64,000 nucleotides of DNA from Octopus sinensis (Eukaryota). Made by a program: the position numbers and the translations under genes. Below, piece by piece: positions 1-14,020 of the stretch. The notes beneath the pieces were generated by a model. That model worked only from the letters and a program-made list of their open reading frames with translations. It was not told where the DNA came from and did no database searches. The stretch spans positions 108,004,001-108,068,000 of the forward strand of contig NC_043003.1 of assembly GCF_006345805.1 (NCBI RefSeq), written 5' to 3'. Each line of letters opens with the position of its first letter. Positions within the stretch are counted from its first letter, which is position 1.

Positions 1-196
1 AGGAGTTCATCGTATTTATTTTATTTTTGCTTTCTTTGTTTTATATTTCATGTTTAGTTCTTTTTTCTATATATTCAGTGTGATCGTCGCATCAATCATT
101 CTCAGATACAGAGGCAGCCATCAAGTGTGAAATGTTAAAAACAAAATCCTATCATTACTATATAATGATATGCATTAAAATATATGTATGCACGCA

Positions 197-1110
<914 letters not shown>

Positions 1111-1699
1111 ATATGTGATCATGCATGCTTACATGCATGCTTGAATGTATGTGATAATATAAGCTAGTTGCTCTCTCTCCTCTCCTTTTGTTTCTAGTTT
1201 TTGCTCTCAATATCTTTGTAATCATTTATCATTTTCTCTTTTCACTTATGAATTATTGATCTCTAGTCTTTGTATCGTTTAGAACGATAAAAAAAGTTAG
1301 TGATTTTATGTAATAAATAACTACAAATAAATCAGAATTTCATAAACAAATAACCCCGAGAGGCAGTGTTAGTGCTACAGCTGTTCTCTTATCTCATTTG
1401 ATAGATTAGTGATGTCTACTTTACTGTCCACAATTTATAGGCGCAATTTCCAGCGGGGCCAAATCTTGCCTTCCTTTTGTCAATGTTAAACGAGAAAAAA
1501 AATGCACGTAATAAAGACTATAGAAGCATAACTGTTCAACTGGATTCATCAATACTTCTTAGGCCTTTAGTTCGAATTCTTTGTTTGCGATTTTTTCTGC
1601 ACATTAAATTTTACATGCCTTACTTCATTAAGTGGTCGAAAATGAGTGTTACATTTTTTTATGTATGTCTTGTATGCGTGTTTTTATTTATTATCTTTT

Positions 1700-3230
1700 G
1701 AGAAAGCTGTGTGGTTGCACAAGGGACAAATCATCCGGTTTGGATGGTCTACCCTATGGGTTATATGCCAAGTCTGTTTGGTAAACGTCTGTCGCAACTG
1801 GCAGCAAAACGAGAGAATTACCAGTTCAGTGAGCCGGTGCGTGTTAACGCTGCTCAGAAAGGACGCCTGTGAGGGATATTATAGATAATTACCGGCTCAT
1901 AACCCTGCTAAATGCAGAGTTTAAAATTTTGGGCAAATTGTTTGCAGAGTGGTAGGCGATTATCGTAGGAAGCTTGGTTGGAGAAACACAAACGTATGCA
2001 ACCTCCAATAGACCATCTACGATAACCTCCACATGTCATAGAGGGATTAGCTAATAAATCTTGTGCTCGTGGGACCCTAATAAATTTGGAATAGTCAAAA
2101 GCCTTCGATAGAGTCGAACATCACTACTTGGCAGTAATCCTAAAAGCAGCTGGTTCCGGATCCGTTTTCAATGGCTGGGTCACAGCAATGCCCGGAATCC
2201 CTTCTCGGTAGTCAAAGTAAATGGAGACTACTCGGAACCGTTTTATATCACGTGCTTGATCTCACAGAAGTCTTCTCTCGCATATTTCCAATAAGTACTG
2301 CGAAAGTTAGTAGTCTCGAGGGAATTCCTTTCGAGCAACGATGCAGGAGAGCTCTGTCGACGTATGCAGATTACCTCACCGTAATGTTGTCAGATGCCAC
2401 TGAAGGTTACAGAAGAGTGGTCAGTTTCACTTAGAAATGGACTGAGAGGAAACTGTCCATGAAAGATAGAGCAGAGGTTACGAATGTCTACATCGCGTCC
2501 GTAACTTATCACCTGACCGTTGTGCTTTGCCTTAGTTCAATTTTTCTCAGACTAGAGCGTCTACTTTCATGCTTCTAATGGAAAGGACACTTTCAGGCAG
2601 TCCATTTGTTGTAATCCGGGTTTGACATGCTGTGGCTGCTGATGCATAGATTTGCATTGAAGCTTCGCTGCCTGCAGATTTTTCTGGACGGTGAGCCGAT
2701 GTTGGCTCCGTTTCTAAGACACATCTTTCTGCAGTTCCTGTCTATCCCTAGCGTGGTATCGCGACCGAGAAACACTGCTGGTTTGAAATAAACTGTACAG
2801 GTACGGAAGCACCGCCAGGCGGGATTGCTCGAGATACGCGCAGAGGGACAAAACTGCACAAACTCTTGCAGTGTCCGAGCATAGCTGACTCGTGGAATTA
2901 TATCGAATTGTTTTTGTCGTGTATAAGGTGAATCCGACTATCAGCTGAATACACGTGAGAATCGTCCTCCCACCCACCTTTAATAAGGTGTCTAGTCGGT
3001 ATAATGAACAAGGTTGTGTGTTGGACGAGGCTGAAAGGATTGTGGAAAGACACCTTTCTCTTTGATCAAGCCCTCACTGACTTTGTTAAGTTCCACTTGT
3101 GAAGTCAAGAGGAAGTGAGAAGTGCCCTCTCTCAGTGAATTTATAAAGTGGTGCGGGACAATGGAAAAATGCTTAGGAAGAATGGACTTATTCGGCGTCA
3201 TTGCAGTTTGAAAAAGAAATTGTGATCAAA
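1700..3230 (+). mobile_element. Decayed L1/Tx1-clade LINE, RT and C-terminal region
   Basis: Fragments translate to KSSGLDGLPY, RNWQQNERI..LTLLRKD, GTLINLE*SKAFDRVEHHYL (~2071-2130) and STYADYLTV (YADD box). Many stops and frameshifts. Confidence 0.85.
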
Positions 3231-3479
3231 TGCAGGTGGTCAAAGAAAACAAAAACAAAGTCACGAAAGAGACTTGACGAACTCTCGTAAACGCCATCCT
3301 CCCCATGGCAGTCTGTTAAGTCAAACAATCGCGATCACATACAACAATATTAAGAATATCATGCAGACATTGAGGTTTTATGTTAAAACAGGACGAACGA
3401 AACTCAGAAAGGTCTTTCACTTATTCTTCATACACCAACAAAGAGGCTGATTAAACGACCTCCACTGCCATTTCTGTTT

Positions 3480-4750
3480 TCCCTCCGACAAACATGGCTG
3501 ACACACATGGATGTATAAATGTGCGCGGTCTGAAATCAGCTTGGAAGCAAGCTCAACCACATCAAGTTCCTTCACATAGATGTGGTAGCCATCAATGGGA
3601 CATGGGCACGTACAGGCCTTCTTTTTGAACGGCTTTGAGATATTTTTATCATGAGGTTTATCGGGATCAGTTGGAGGGTGACTGTGTTATTCTAGTAATC
3701 CTTAGATCGCAAAGTTTTGGCGGTCGTCTTGGACGGTAAGTTGGTGGTTCTGGAAGTTAAAGTCTTACCGGAGCGCAAAATCTACAAGTGCCAGATTAGT
3801 GAATTAACTAAGCGGAATCATCAACGGCAGATTGTTTGGGTGATCTGAAGAGCAGAACCGATAGCGTTTAATAAAGAGCTAGTAGTAGATAGAAATAGAT
3901 TGTAGACCTAGTTAACAATCTAAAAGAGGCTATTAGTAAAGGCATCGCGATCGACGTACTGACGGTGAGAATGACCCTTGGACATTTCTTCAACGTCAAA
4001 CACGAAAGGTACTTTGTCAGAACTAAGGCTTGTGGGCTTAAAGACTAGGGAACGAAAGTCGGTCGATAGGCTTGTGTATCGGAGGTGCGACATGACCCCA
4101 AATCCACAATCAAATTTTTGACGGATTAAAACGAGCATGTGCTACTCGGTTCCGAGCAGACTTGTACAGCTTCCAACAGCACTTCACTCGACGGCTAGGG
4201 ATAGACAATGTGTGAGAGACAGTAGTGGACTATATAGCCTGATGATCTGTTGCAATCCTCGATAGAAAATGCGAAGCTTTATGAAATGCCGATAAGAGCT
4301 ATTGAAATACGGGAGGCAATGAACGTTTGCCGAAGGCGCAAGCAGCCTTCTTTCAATTGTCTGCCCAACAAATTCTACGAGTTCATTCCTAACTTGTTTG
4401 GCGACCTGTTGCTGAACGTTTGCCGCAGCTGCTAGCAGAATGAGAGAATTTTTATTGTGTGGAGTAGTAAATCTGCTGAAAAGGGACGTTGACAAAGGAG
4501 ACGTAGTATTCAATTTTTGGCCCTTAACTCAAACACAGAGCCTAGGATCAGGAAGCTTATCTGAAATCGGACGGGTATGGATCCGTCTTCAGGTGCTGGA
4601 TTGCTGTAAAGCATAACGGCACATGCTCGGTGGTCGAAGTAAACGACCTCCTCTCTGTAACGTTTTGCTTCTCACCCTCGGTCCGTTAGGGCTTCCCGCT
4701 TTTACCTTCTCTGTGCGTAAAAAGTCTTGAGTCACTGCTACGAAGTATTT
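3480..4750 (+). mobile_element. Decayed, internally deleted L1/Tx1-clade LINE ORF2
   Basis: ATG at 3494 in ccgacaaacATGG context, then GCINVRGLKSAWKQ (APE endonuclease start). Later LPNKFYEFIPNLFGDLL and an SVRxGxPL motif near 4680. Confidence 0.8.
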
Positions 4751-5249
4751 AAAAAAAATTTATGGACCGTGATAGGATGAAAGGCTAAGTTAACCTTGAC
4801 TCGATTTGTAACAAATACCACAATTGGCTTTTCCGATGCGCTACCGATTCTGCTAGCCTTATTTGCGAAATAGAGTAACACCTATGGGAGACTACACAAA
4901 GACAAAGATATAAGTTGTGTGGATTTACATAAAATTGCACGATAAGAGGAAAAAATCCCTTTAAAATATAGAATACATAATAAACAACACTGAATTTTTT
5001 TAAAATTGATAAAATATGAAATATAAGTACAAATAGCATTTATTATTTAAGAAGACGACGACGATAATGATGATGATGATGATGACGACGATGTAAAGAT
5101 CCCCTTGAACACCAGGGGCATGAAAACTCTCCAGCTGTCATTCTCCGACTTATGTACTCTTTCCACCTCTTTTACCAGATTCTCTTTAAATTCACTCAAG
5201 GAAAGCACCCCCCTCTTCACACTCATCTTCATTTTCAACTAAAACTTGA

Positions 5250-6560
5250 AAAGATCAATGAGCGCTTAACCAAAGAAGAAAGTCTCTGTCCTCATAGCTT
5301 ACAGCCTCATCCACCACACAACCTCTTTTGCCACACTAACCATCAGGCAGGAGGGAAATTACCTTCACTGTGCAACTGAAGGAAGGCGATAGGGAAATCG
5401 TCATGATGATCGCAGCTAATAGCCGAATAGATTTTGATCGCCGTCTTCAGCGCATCCCACCACCAGTTATTGATGACTACTGCTGTCGACTGCAGCTTAA
5501 TTAATTCACTAATCCGGTCCCTGTAAAAATACCTTCAGCTTTCAGTCTATGAGTACTATCTAAATCGACTTAGCGGATTACAAACTTGTGGCTTGTGGAA
5601 CCGACCAGTTTGAACTGTAGATGTCTTATCCGCTGGCCTAACATATACACTATTTAGATATAATTTGGATATCCTGCCATGATTGCTCCTTAGCTACACT
5701 AATACATCACGGAAATCCAACCTGTACTCGTCAAACTTGGAAAATTTGAGTTGGTTTTCGAAGCTTAACATGATTTTCTTCTATGTTGTAGCCCAACGCA
5801 ATCCCGCCATCCATGTGTCTAAAATACATTTACGATTCCCCAATTAGAATAGAGATCGAGACGTTTCTAGAAGGCTTCTAGAAGTCTGTAGAAATCAGGT
5901 CGCCAGACCTGGTCGGAGCATACACAACCACTAGTCTGAATGCATCACCTTCATTGACATTCACGTTTGTGGAGGCACATGGCCTAGTGGTTAGAGCAGC
6001 GGATTCGCGGTCGAGGGATTGCGGGTTCGAATCTCAGACCGGACAATGTGTGTGTTTATGAGCGAAACACCTAAGCTTCACGTGGCTCCGGCGGAAGGTA
6101 AAGACGAAACCTCTGCTGACTCTTTCGCCACAACTTTCTCTCACTCTTTCTTCTTGCATCTTGCAGCTCACCTGCGATGGACCGGCGTCCCTTCCAGGTG
6201 GGGAACCTATACGCCAAGGAAACCGGGAAACCGGCCCTTATGAGCCAGGCGTGGCTCGAGAAGGAACATTCACGTTTATGGCTACTATTTCATTATCCAG
6301 ATTGAAGAAAATTGTCCTTACTTCGAGATATAAGGATTTCTGGAATAACACTGCCACCTCACAATTTGATCCCAACTAACTACTAGAAGAGGATATCTCA
6401 CAGTTATCGAAAATGGTTTCACTGGTGGCTATTACATCTATGTTTAGTGATTTGAGACAGTAAATAGTTGAGCAAGTGATCTTATTTCCAAGCTGACTCC
6501 AGACCGCTCACATTTATAGACCCAACTCTGAGGACAGCCATGTTTGTTGGAGAGAAGGTC
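5250..6560 (-). mobile_element. Decayed L1/Tx1-clade LINE ORF2 5' part (APE endonuclease), interrupted by a SINE
   Basis: Minus-strand ATG at 6541 gives MAVLRVGSINVSGLESAWK. After removing the SINE the frame continues VNVNEGDAFRLVVVYAPT, followed by decayed downstream APE motifs. Confidence 0.8.
5969..6265 (+). mobile_element. tRNA-derived SINE with Meta-domain-like 3' part
   Basis: A box tggcctagtggttag and B box ggttcgaatctc; cctgcgatggaccggcgtccc...gaaaccggg body; 12-bp TSD acattcacgttt at 5957-5968 and 6266-6277. Confidence 0.9.
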
Positions 6561-8022
6561 GGTTTATACTATCTCCTCACTAGTTAAAAGAGAAGTTCAG
6601 AAACGCCTTTGCAAAGTTTTTTCTTGTCTTGTTTTCCTTAAAGACTTCCCTTTAACCTTGTGTGTGTCTGTGAGTTAGTCGATATTAAGTGTATTAAGAG
6701 CTATTTTTGTCTTGGCCATTGTTGTTCACAAAGTTCACATTTGTGCTGTTGGGACTAAACAACAACACTGGAAAGTGAACGAGAGGAACTTTCCGCAGTC
6801 ATTCGATCAGTTAGAATTAGTAGTCACATCTTCTTCAAATAGTAGCCGACTGTCTCAAAAGTGGACACAGTGGAGATGATGCTGGATACAGAAGCTGGTC
6901 ACGGGTGAATGCAGATGATCATAAATTTTTTTTCGATCAGTGCTAAACTGAACAACAAGTAAAGTAAAAAAAAAACACAACAAACCCGCATCCACAAAAA
7001 TCCACCAAACTCACATACTAACAATTACTAACAATTACTATAATATCGATTCTTGACAAATACAAAGACTTCATATTTTAGTGAGAAGATATGATTAATT
7101 AGAACATAAATCTAGGAGTAATCCGGGTGAAGTTTACATCGTTGTAGTGTGATGATATCCACGTGAGTCACGTATGTAAAAAGTCAAAAACAAAACGAAA
7201 CAATAAGAAAATAATGCACTGGGTATAAAATCAATGCATTTAATGTATGGGTGAATGGAAAGAAAAGTACGTCGTAATTTCAAACTGTGTTATTTAGTGA
7301 AGAGGGAAGAAGGAAAAGAAAAATTAATAAGAAAGGATTAAAAAAAAAGCGCAGTTGATTCAGATATATGCTTGAATGGTAGACAAGAAGACATGTAATA
7401 AAAAAGATGTTGTTTTTAGCATAGAAGAGTGAACAATCGCAAGGGAAATAAGCGTGAATGCGTGGAAAAAGAAATGAAGTGTGCAATGAAAGAGCGTTAT
7501 GTGTGTGCAAGTTTGTGCGATGAGTGTTTGGGACACGTATGAGAAACAAAATAATATATGTGTGTATCATGTTTAATCATGTGTATGTAAGAGCGAATCC
7601 GCAGTGTAGTGTGCGACCGAGGTTGTGTGTGAGTGTGTGTTGATGTATATTAAAGACAAATAAAGTAAAGTGTTGATGGGAGGCGTGTCAGAGCTGGATG
7701 GTGATGTAAGCGAACTGAAATATACGTGAAGCATATTTATGTATGCGCATGTTTAAGCAAAAACATTTGTGAATATACGTGTGTGTGTATGTGTGTATGT
7801 CTGAGCGTGCGTGTGTGTGTGTGTATGTGTGCGTATTCGTGTGTGTATGTGTGTGTGTCTAAAAGGAGTAAGAAGTACGAGAAAAGCGGCATAGAGTGAG
7901 GCCTAAATGTGTGTGGATGGTGATGAAATGGTGTAAGCGTAAAGAAAGCGAGTGGCGTTGAGAAACGTATATGTATAGAGTATACGGGGTTACAGTGAGG
8001 AAATGACTGGAAAAGTATAGTT

Positions 8023-8054
<32 letters not shown>

Positions 8055-9889
8055 AAGCATTGTGTAGACGAAGGGATAATTTAGAGGAACGCAAGTCGAT
8101 TGTTAATATCTGTAGAGGCAAAAGCGTTGTTTCAGCGACAGATCAGTTCTGTCCCCGACCAAGACGGAAAACAAGACTTCGATGGATTTGTATCATCTTC
8201 AAAATAGCGAAAGACAGAAACGGTAATTGATTTCCCATTTGAACGAATCTGTCTGTATTAGCAAAACTTGCCCACTTGCTTTTCATTATGCTCAACCATC
8301 CCTGTTTACACACACACTCACACATACTCACACGCGCTCTATGATACCCTTCTTCTCTACCCATAAACTTATACACTTAATCCCTATCCAATGTACCCGT
8401 ATCCACCACTATGGTGTCTTGGAAACGTTTTAGTGGTTCTACACACATACATAAACACATACTTGCACACAACACTGCTCGCACACTTTATTCGTTGCAC
8501 GTTTTGCGCACACTCATACATACCTCACAAATACTTTATTTCTTTCCTCTCGCTTGTAATACATATACAAAGACCTACTGTAAATCTACTATAAGCATAA
8601 AAGTGTTTTAAACATTCTTAATCTTTCCTCTCACACTCTTGGCGCATATTTTTAATATGACCGCCAGCTCACTTATGCCGTAAAAGAAACTTCTTTACTT
8701 CTTGTGTATCATTTAAGCATGATGGGGGATTTCTTTTCTTTTTTTTTTCTATTTTTCCCTTTCACTTGTATGGACAAAGTACCCCAGTCCGAAACGTCAA
8801 CTTAATTTCCTTTTCACCCCTTCCTGCCATTAACGACAATGACTTTGTGCTTTGAGTTTAACTTGCTTTTGCATGCGTATCACCTGAATATCCATCAATT
8901 TCCATGGTAACCTATAAAGTTCCCGACTGATACTTCAGCCTAAGTATGATAAAATCATGTGTTTACTTTGGCCGGATTCAAAATAAGGTGAGGAGAAATA
9001 ATTTAATTCTATCAATTCCCCGGCCTTTTAGCCCCACAGTGTTACTCATATAAGCAAAAACTGAAGCTTAATCTAAAAGATATAGTTTATTCCCAATCCT
9101 GCAACTGTAATCCAACTTAGGTAATTCAGGCACAATTTCCAGTTCAGTGGAGTTTTGGTGGGATTGGATGAAGGTTCAGCTTTCTGACACGAATCAGAAA
9201 AAAACCTGTCAAGCCAACTCGACTAGGTTTTCTGCATCTTTCTAATATTAAAATTCAATTTTAATTTGTGTTTTTGTGTTTCTGAATTTTATAGAAAATA
9301 GTTCATTGCAGCGATTAAGTGCAGTGTACTTCTATGATACAAGCCGTTTTGCCTGAAATAATTTCCAGCTTTTCTAGGCCCTTGAAACACGGGAGTTTTT
9401 TTTTCTTTATTATATTAACACGCCGAAGAAGCTTCACGCCATTACACGACGATTGAGGTTTAATAAATAATAAGAGTGCAAAAGTAAAATACATTTGCAC
9501 ACGCACATTAACACACATATGTGCATACATGCAAACACATACATACATATACACGTATATACACATATACACATCCATCCCTCCATCCATGCATACATAC
9601 ATAGACACACACATATATACATACGTATGTACATGCAAAATTAGACATTGAGAATTTCATATCAAAGACATGAGAAACTAACTGAGACCCATATTCTTTA
9701 TTGCACAACCACGCACTCGTACATGCATAGAAACATCCAAGCACTTATAACGCGCTCAGGAAGATTGAGGCCAAAGTACATAGAAAAAGGAGAAAGCGAA
9801 TTACATTTGCATACAACAAAATACTAATTTCTTCTGACTGACTTGCGTAATTTCATAGTTTATGAATGATATATATTTTGCATAGATCT

Positions 9890-9940
9890 TTCTCTCTCTC
9901 TCTCAATCTATGTGTGTGTATATATATATATATATATATA

Positions 9941-10007
<67 letters not shown>

Positions 10008-10011
10008 TATA

Positions 10012-10098
<87 letters not shown>

Positions 10099-10117
10099 TA
10101 TATATATATATATTACA

Positions 10118-10159
<42 letters not shown>

Positions 10160-10330
10160 TCTATGTATATAATGTGTATCTATATGTATATATATATATT
10201 ACACACACACTCACACACATATACATACATGCATGTATATAATGTGTATATATATATATTTATATATACCATTAACACATGCAATATGTATATGTGTATA
10301 CGTTTAATATGTACGTAAACTATCTATCTA
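9890..10330. repeat. (TA)n/(CA)n compound microsatellite
   Basis: Directly visible. Confidence 0.95.
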
Positions 10331-10697
10331 CCCTCTCTCACTCTCCCTCTCATCACACATGCAATCACACCCACCCAGGCTCTCACGTGCGTGTATAAAT
10401 GTATGTATGTATGGATATATATATGCATCTATAAATAATAAACACATACACACACACACACATATATATTTAATTACATGATATGTTAACCTCATGAAGG
10501 GATGGCTGCATCCAAAGAAATACAGGTTCAATACCTAGTATTTTAGGGGAATGAAATTCCCTTAAAACAATAGGTATATATATATAAAGTATACAGCTAA
10601 TATAGTTTAATAGAAGAAAAGAAAATGGAGATAAGGAAGTGAATAATTGTTTATTATTAAAAATTTGGTCATCTTCGCACATACATACATATATACC

Positions 10698-11722
10698 AAC
10701 GTAACATCAGATGAAATGATGAGGCTTTTTGGACAGAAGACTAAGGGTGGATCTGTTGGTAGAAAGCTCCGAGATGATAGTAACATTGATCATGAAAGCA
10801 GTCTATCATGGACCAACAGCCGGATTACTACCTCCCACTTTGAACGGTATGTGTTTGCAATCAAGGAACAGGAAATATCAACCAAGCACCTGATGCACAA
10901 AAGGGATAGAGATACAGGAAAAGCAGTAAAATGTGAGAACAAATGCAGACTTTGTGGAGTTAACACCGAAGATATCACCCACATCATAAGCAGTTGTCTG
11001 AAAATGTCATCACGGTATTATGTACGGATGAGACATGGTGTTGTAGCTAGGACACACTGTTATGAAATCCGTCGGAAGAATAAACCTGAAGACAAAGAAA
11101 TAAGAGCCCACACTATGGTAGAAGCCATAGCCACTCATAATAAAAATGAGTACTGGTGGAACGTCCTCGTGAAGACCTCAATAAAATGTAAGCACAACAG
11201 ATCTGATATAATGATTTGGGATAGAGAAGAGAAACTGTGTATAGTTGTGGAAATTAGCTGCCCAGCGGATGTTAACATGAAGATGAAGATCTGTGAAAAA
11301 GAGAACACCAACACTGAACTATTGATAAATATGCAGTTACTCTATCCAGATTACAAGTTCAGGTTTATACCTTTAATTATCGGAGCCCTGGTATATGTGA
11401 CACACTGCCGAAATACCAGTCTTGATAAATTAGGCTTCTCAAAACCAGAAAGGAGAAAACTAATTCGAAGACTATCGATCCAATCCATCACTGGAACTGT
11501 AAAAATATGTAAGACTTTCCAGAAATTTATAATTTAAATATATATGAACAGGTCTAGACATGTAACTATATGCATGAGAATACATACATAAAACAAAACA
11601 TACAAATCTGCATATATACATACATAAATACAAACAAAAATACTCTGTTGTTGATGTTGAAATTCCAGTGAAGGAATGAAGAAACCTATCGGTAAGAAAT
11701 CTTGAAATAAAACCGAACAATG
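10698..11722 (+). mobile_element. 5'-truncated R4/Dong-type non-LTR element: zinc knuckle + restriction-like endonuclease + 3'UTR
   Basis: ORF 10647-11537 has CRLCGVNTEDITHIISSC, RH, RSDIMIWD...VEISCP (degenerate PD-(D/E)xK) and IPLIIGAL. AATAAA near the 3' end; CATA repeats on both flanks. Confidence 0.88.
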
Positions 11723-12028
11723 ACATACGTACATACATACATACTTATGTATATATTACATTATATTATGTACTTAGAGAATGGGAGAAAGGGGGGCAAG
11801 AGAGTGTATGTATATATACGTAAGCATGTATGTATGCGCGTATATTATATCTTCCATATAAACGGAATAATGCAACGGTTACTGGGAGCGAGATCTCCGT
11901 TGGTGTTGACGTTGGACAATCAGTTATTCAACCAATTGAATCCATTCCCAGTGAAATATCCGCGCAACCGGCTGAGCATTCCGCAGTCACGCTTATTCAT
12001 AATGTAATAGTTACGGCCAGTCAGTATA

Positions 12029-12065
12029 TTACAGCTTGACAAAGCTGGAGCTTCGAATTAGAAGT
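12029..12065 (-). CDS. Candidate terminal coding exon of unidentified minus-strand gene (K-LLIRSSSFVKL*)
   Basis: Acceptor cctctctggtttag. A phase-2 start matches the end of the exon at 23292-23419. Followed by non-repetitive sequence (putative 3'UTR). Other terminal exons are possible. Confidence 0.35.
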
Positions 12066-12525
12066 CTAAACCAGAGAGGTGGGGTCATAAAACAGACAGA
12101 TAGAAAGCAGAGATGTGGTGTGTGTGCGTGTGTGAGTGTGAGTGAGTGAGTGAGAGAAAGAGAGAGAGAGAGAAAGATTTAATCGGCCCCTGTCCTGACT
12201 GCATTGGTACTTTATTAATCCTTAGGGAATAAGAGGCAAAGTTGACACCTGCGTGATTTGAACTTTGAGCTGGAACGAATACCGCAAGGTGCTGTATTCG
12301 GATCTGTAATGCTTCTGCTATTTCATCATCTTAATAATAATTATAATAATAATAATAATAGAATACTTACAAGGCTTGAAAAAACCCCTAAAAAGACTAC
12401 CTCCCCCACATCAATCCACCAGGCGGTGCCCCAACATTACCACAGTTCAATGACTGAAACAAGTAAACAATAAAAAGAAACATGAAAAATATTTTCCTCG
12501 TAAGGCTCTATTCTTTCACTATTGA

Positions 12526-12812
12526 AGGCTTAGTGGTTAGGGTATTCGGGAGTTCGATTCCCGGCTGCGTTGTGTCCTTAAGCAAGACACTTTATTTCAC
12601 GTTGCTCCAGTCTATTCCGCCGACAAAAATGACTTGTACCTGTAATTCGAAAAACCAGCTTTCCCACATCTGTATCACGCTGAATTTTCCTGAGAACTAC
12701 GTTAAGTGTACGTATGTTTGCGGAGTGTTCGGCCACTTGTGATTAATTGAATGAGCTGGCTGTTCCGTTGATTACATCAACTGGAACACTCATCGTCGTA
12801 GCCGATGGAGTG
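12526..12812 (+). mobile_element. tRNA-derived SINE with CORE-like segment
   Basis: ggcttagtggttag / gttcgattcc boxes and ccttaagcaagacactt. Related copies at ~31700-31980 and ~32505-32830. Confidence 0.85.
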
Positions 12813-12929
12813 TTAGTATAGTATTTTACCGCCACGACTTTTGTTTATCGCTTTTGTTTCGAAATTTGAATAAATTCTACCTCTGTTCAGGTATAATACG
12901 ATGGAGTCATATGTATATATGGATATAGA

Positions 12930-13335
12930 AGGCGGCGAGCTGGCAGAAACGTTAGAGCGCCGGGCGAAATGCTTAGCGGTATTTTGTCTGCCGCTACGTT
13001 CTGAGTTCAAATTCCGCCGAGGTCGACTTTGCCTTTCATCCTTTCGGGGTCGATAAATTAAGTACCAGTTACGCACTGGGTCGATGTAATCGACTTAATC
13101 TCCTTGTCTGTCCTCTCTGTGTTTAGCCCCTTGTGGGTAATAAAGAAATAGGTATTTCGTCTGTCGTTACGTTCTGAGTTCAAATTCCGTCGAGGTCGAC
13201 TTTGCCTTTCATCCTTTCGGGGTTGATTAAATAAGTACCAGTTACGCACTGGGATCGATGTAATCGACTTAATCCCTTTGTCTGTCCTTGTTTGTCCCCT
13301 CTATGTTTAGCCCCTAGTGGGCAGTAAAGAAATAT
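12930..13335 (+). mobile_element. Dimeric SINE (Nin/Deu-like core gcctttcatcctttcggggtcgataaa)
   Basis: Full unit plus a second unit starting at the internal ggtatttcgtctg. 15-bp TSD atatatggatataga at 12915-12929 and 13336-13350. Confidence 0.9.
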
Positions 13336-13428
13336 ATATATGGATATAGATAAAAGTAGCAAAAAAACAACAAAAACGAACGAATTTATCTGACAGCCAA
13401 ATACTATGAGCAAAATCGTTCATCAGAC

Positions 13429-13500
13429 CCCCGCCACCGCCGCCACCGCCACCGCCGCCACCGCCACCGCCGCCATCGTCATCGTCTTCGCCACCTCCAT
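13429..13500. repeat. (GCC/ACC)n GC-rich trinucleotide repeat
   Basis: Directly visible. Confidence 0.9.
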
Positions 13501-13984
13501 TATTGCCTTATAAAAAAAACAACCAATTCAAGGTGTGCTCTACAGGTAATAACAACTGCTCCTTTAATCAAATGGCGTTCTTTGTTTCGCACACGCTTTT
13601 CATCAAATACAAAAGTCTTGTTTTTGTCTAAAATTTCATTGTTGCTGCCGTTGTTGTTGTAGTTGTTATTGTTGCTCATTATACTGCTGCTGCTGCTGCC
13701 GCTGCTGCTGCTGTTGTTTCTATTCTCATACACTGACGAACAAGCCTCAAATGTTACAATCACAATTTTAATTACTAAAGAATCTTGTCTAAGCCCTAAT
13801 CATTTCACCCACCCACCTCCTCCCCTCTTTCTTTATTTCCGCGCTCCTTTCTTTCTGCCTGTCTCGCTCATTCATTCACAATGTATTTATTTACGTAATT
13901 CTTTCGGTTACTTCTCTTTCTTTTTTCTTTCGTTCTTTTTTGTACTCTTTCGCACTCTGGCAATATCGCTCTTCCAACATGCTG

Positions 13985-14020
<36 letters not shown>

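Noticed and set aside
5969-6045. tRNA-like sequences here and at 15985, 20196, 43626, 48360 and 58160
   Set aside because: SINE heads: A/B boxes continue into shared SINE bodies or simple-repeat tails, several with TSDs; no intact cloverleaf recognised.
13500-13610. Exon-like DKNKTFVFDEKRVRNKERHLIKGAVVITCRAHLEL
   Set aside because: Phase-1 start does not fit the chain and there is no good donor; in the matching phase it gives only KQKQDFCI*. Left unassigned.
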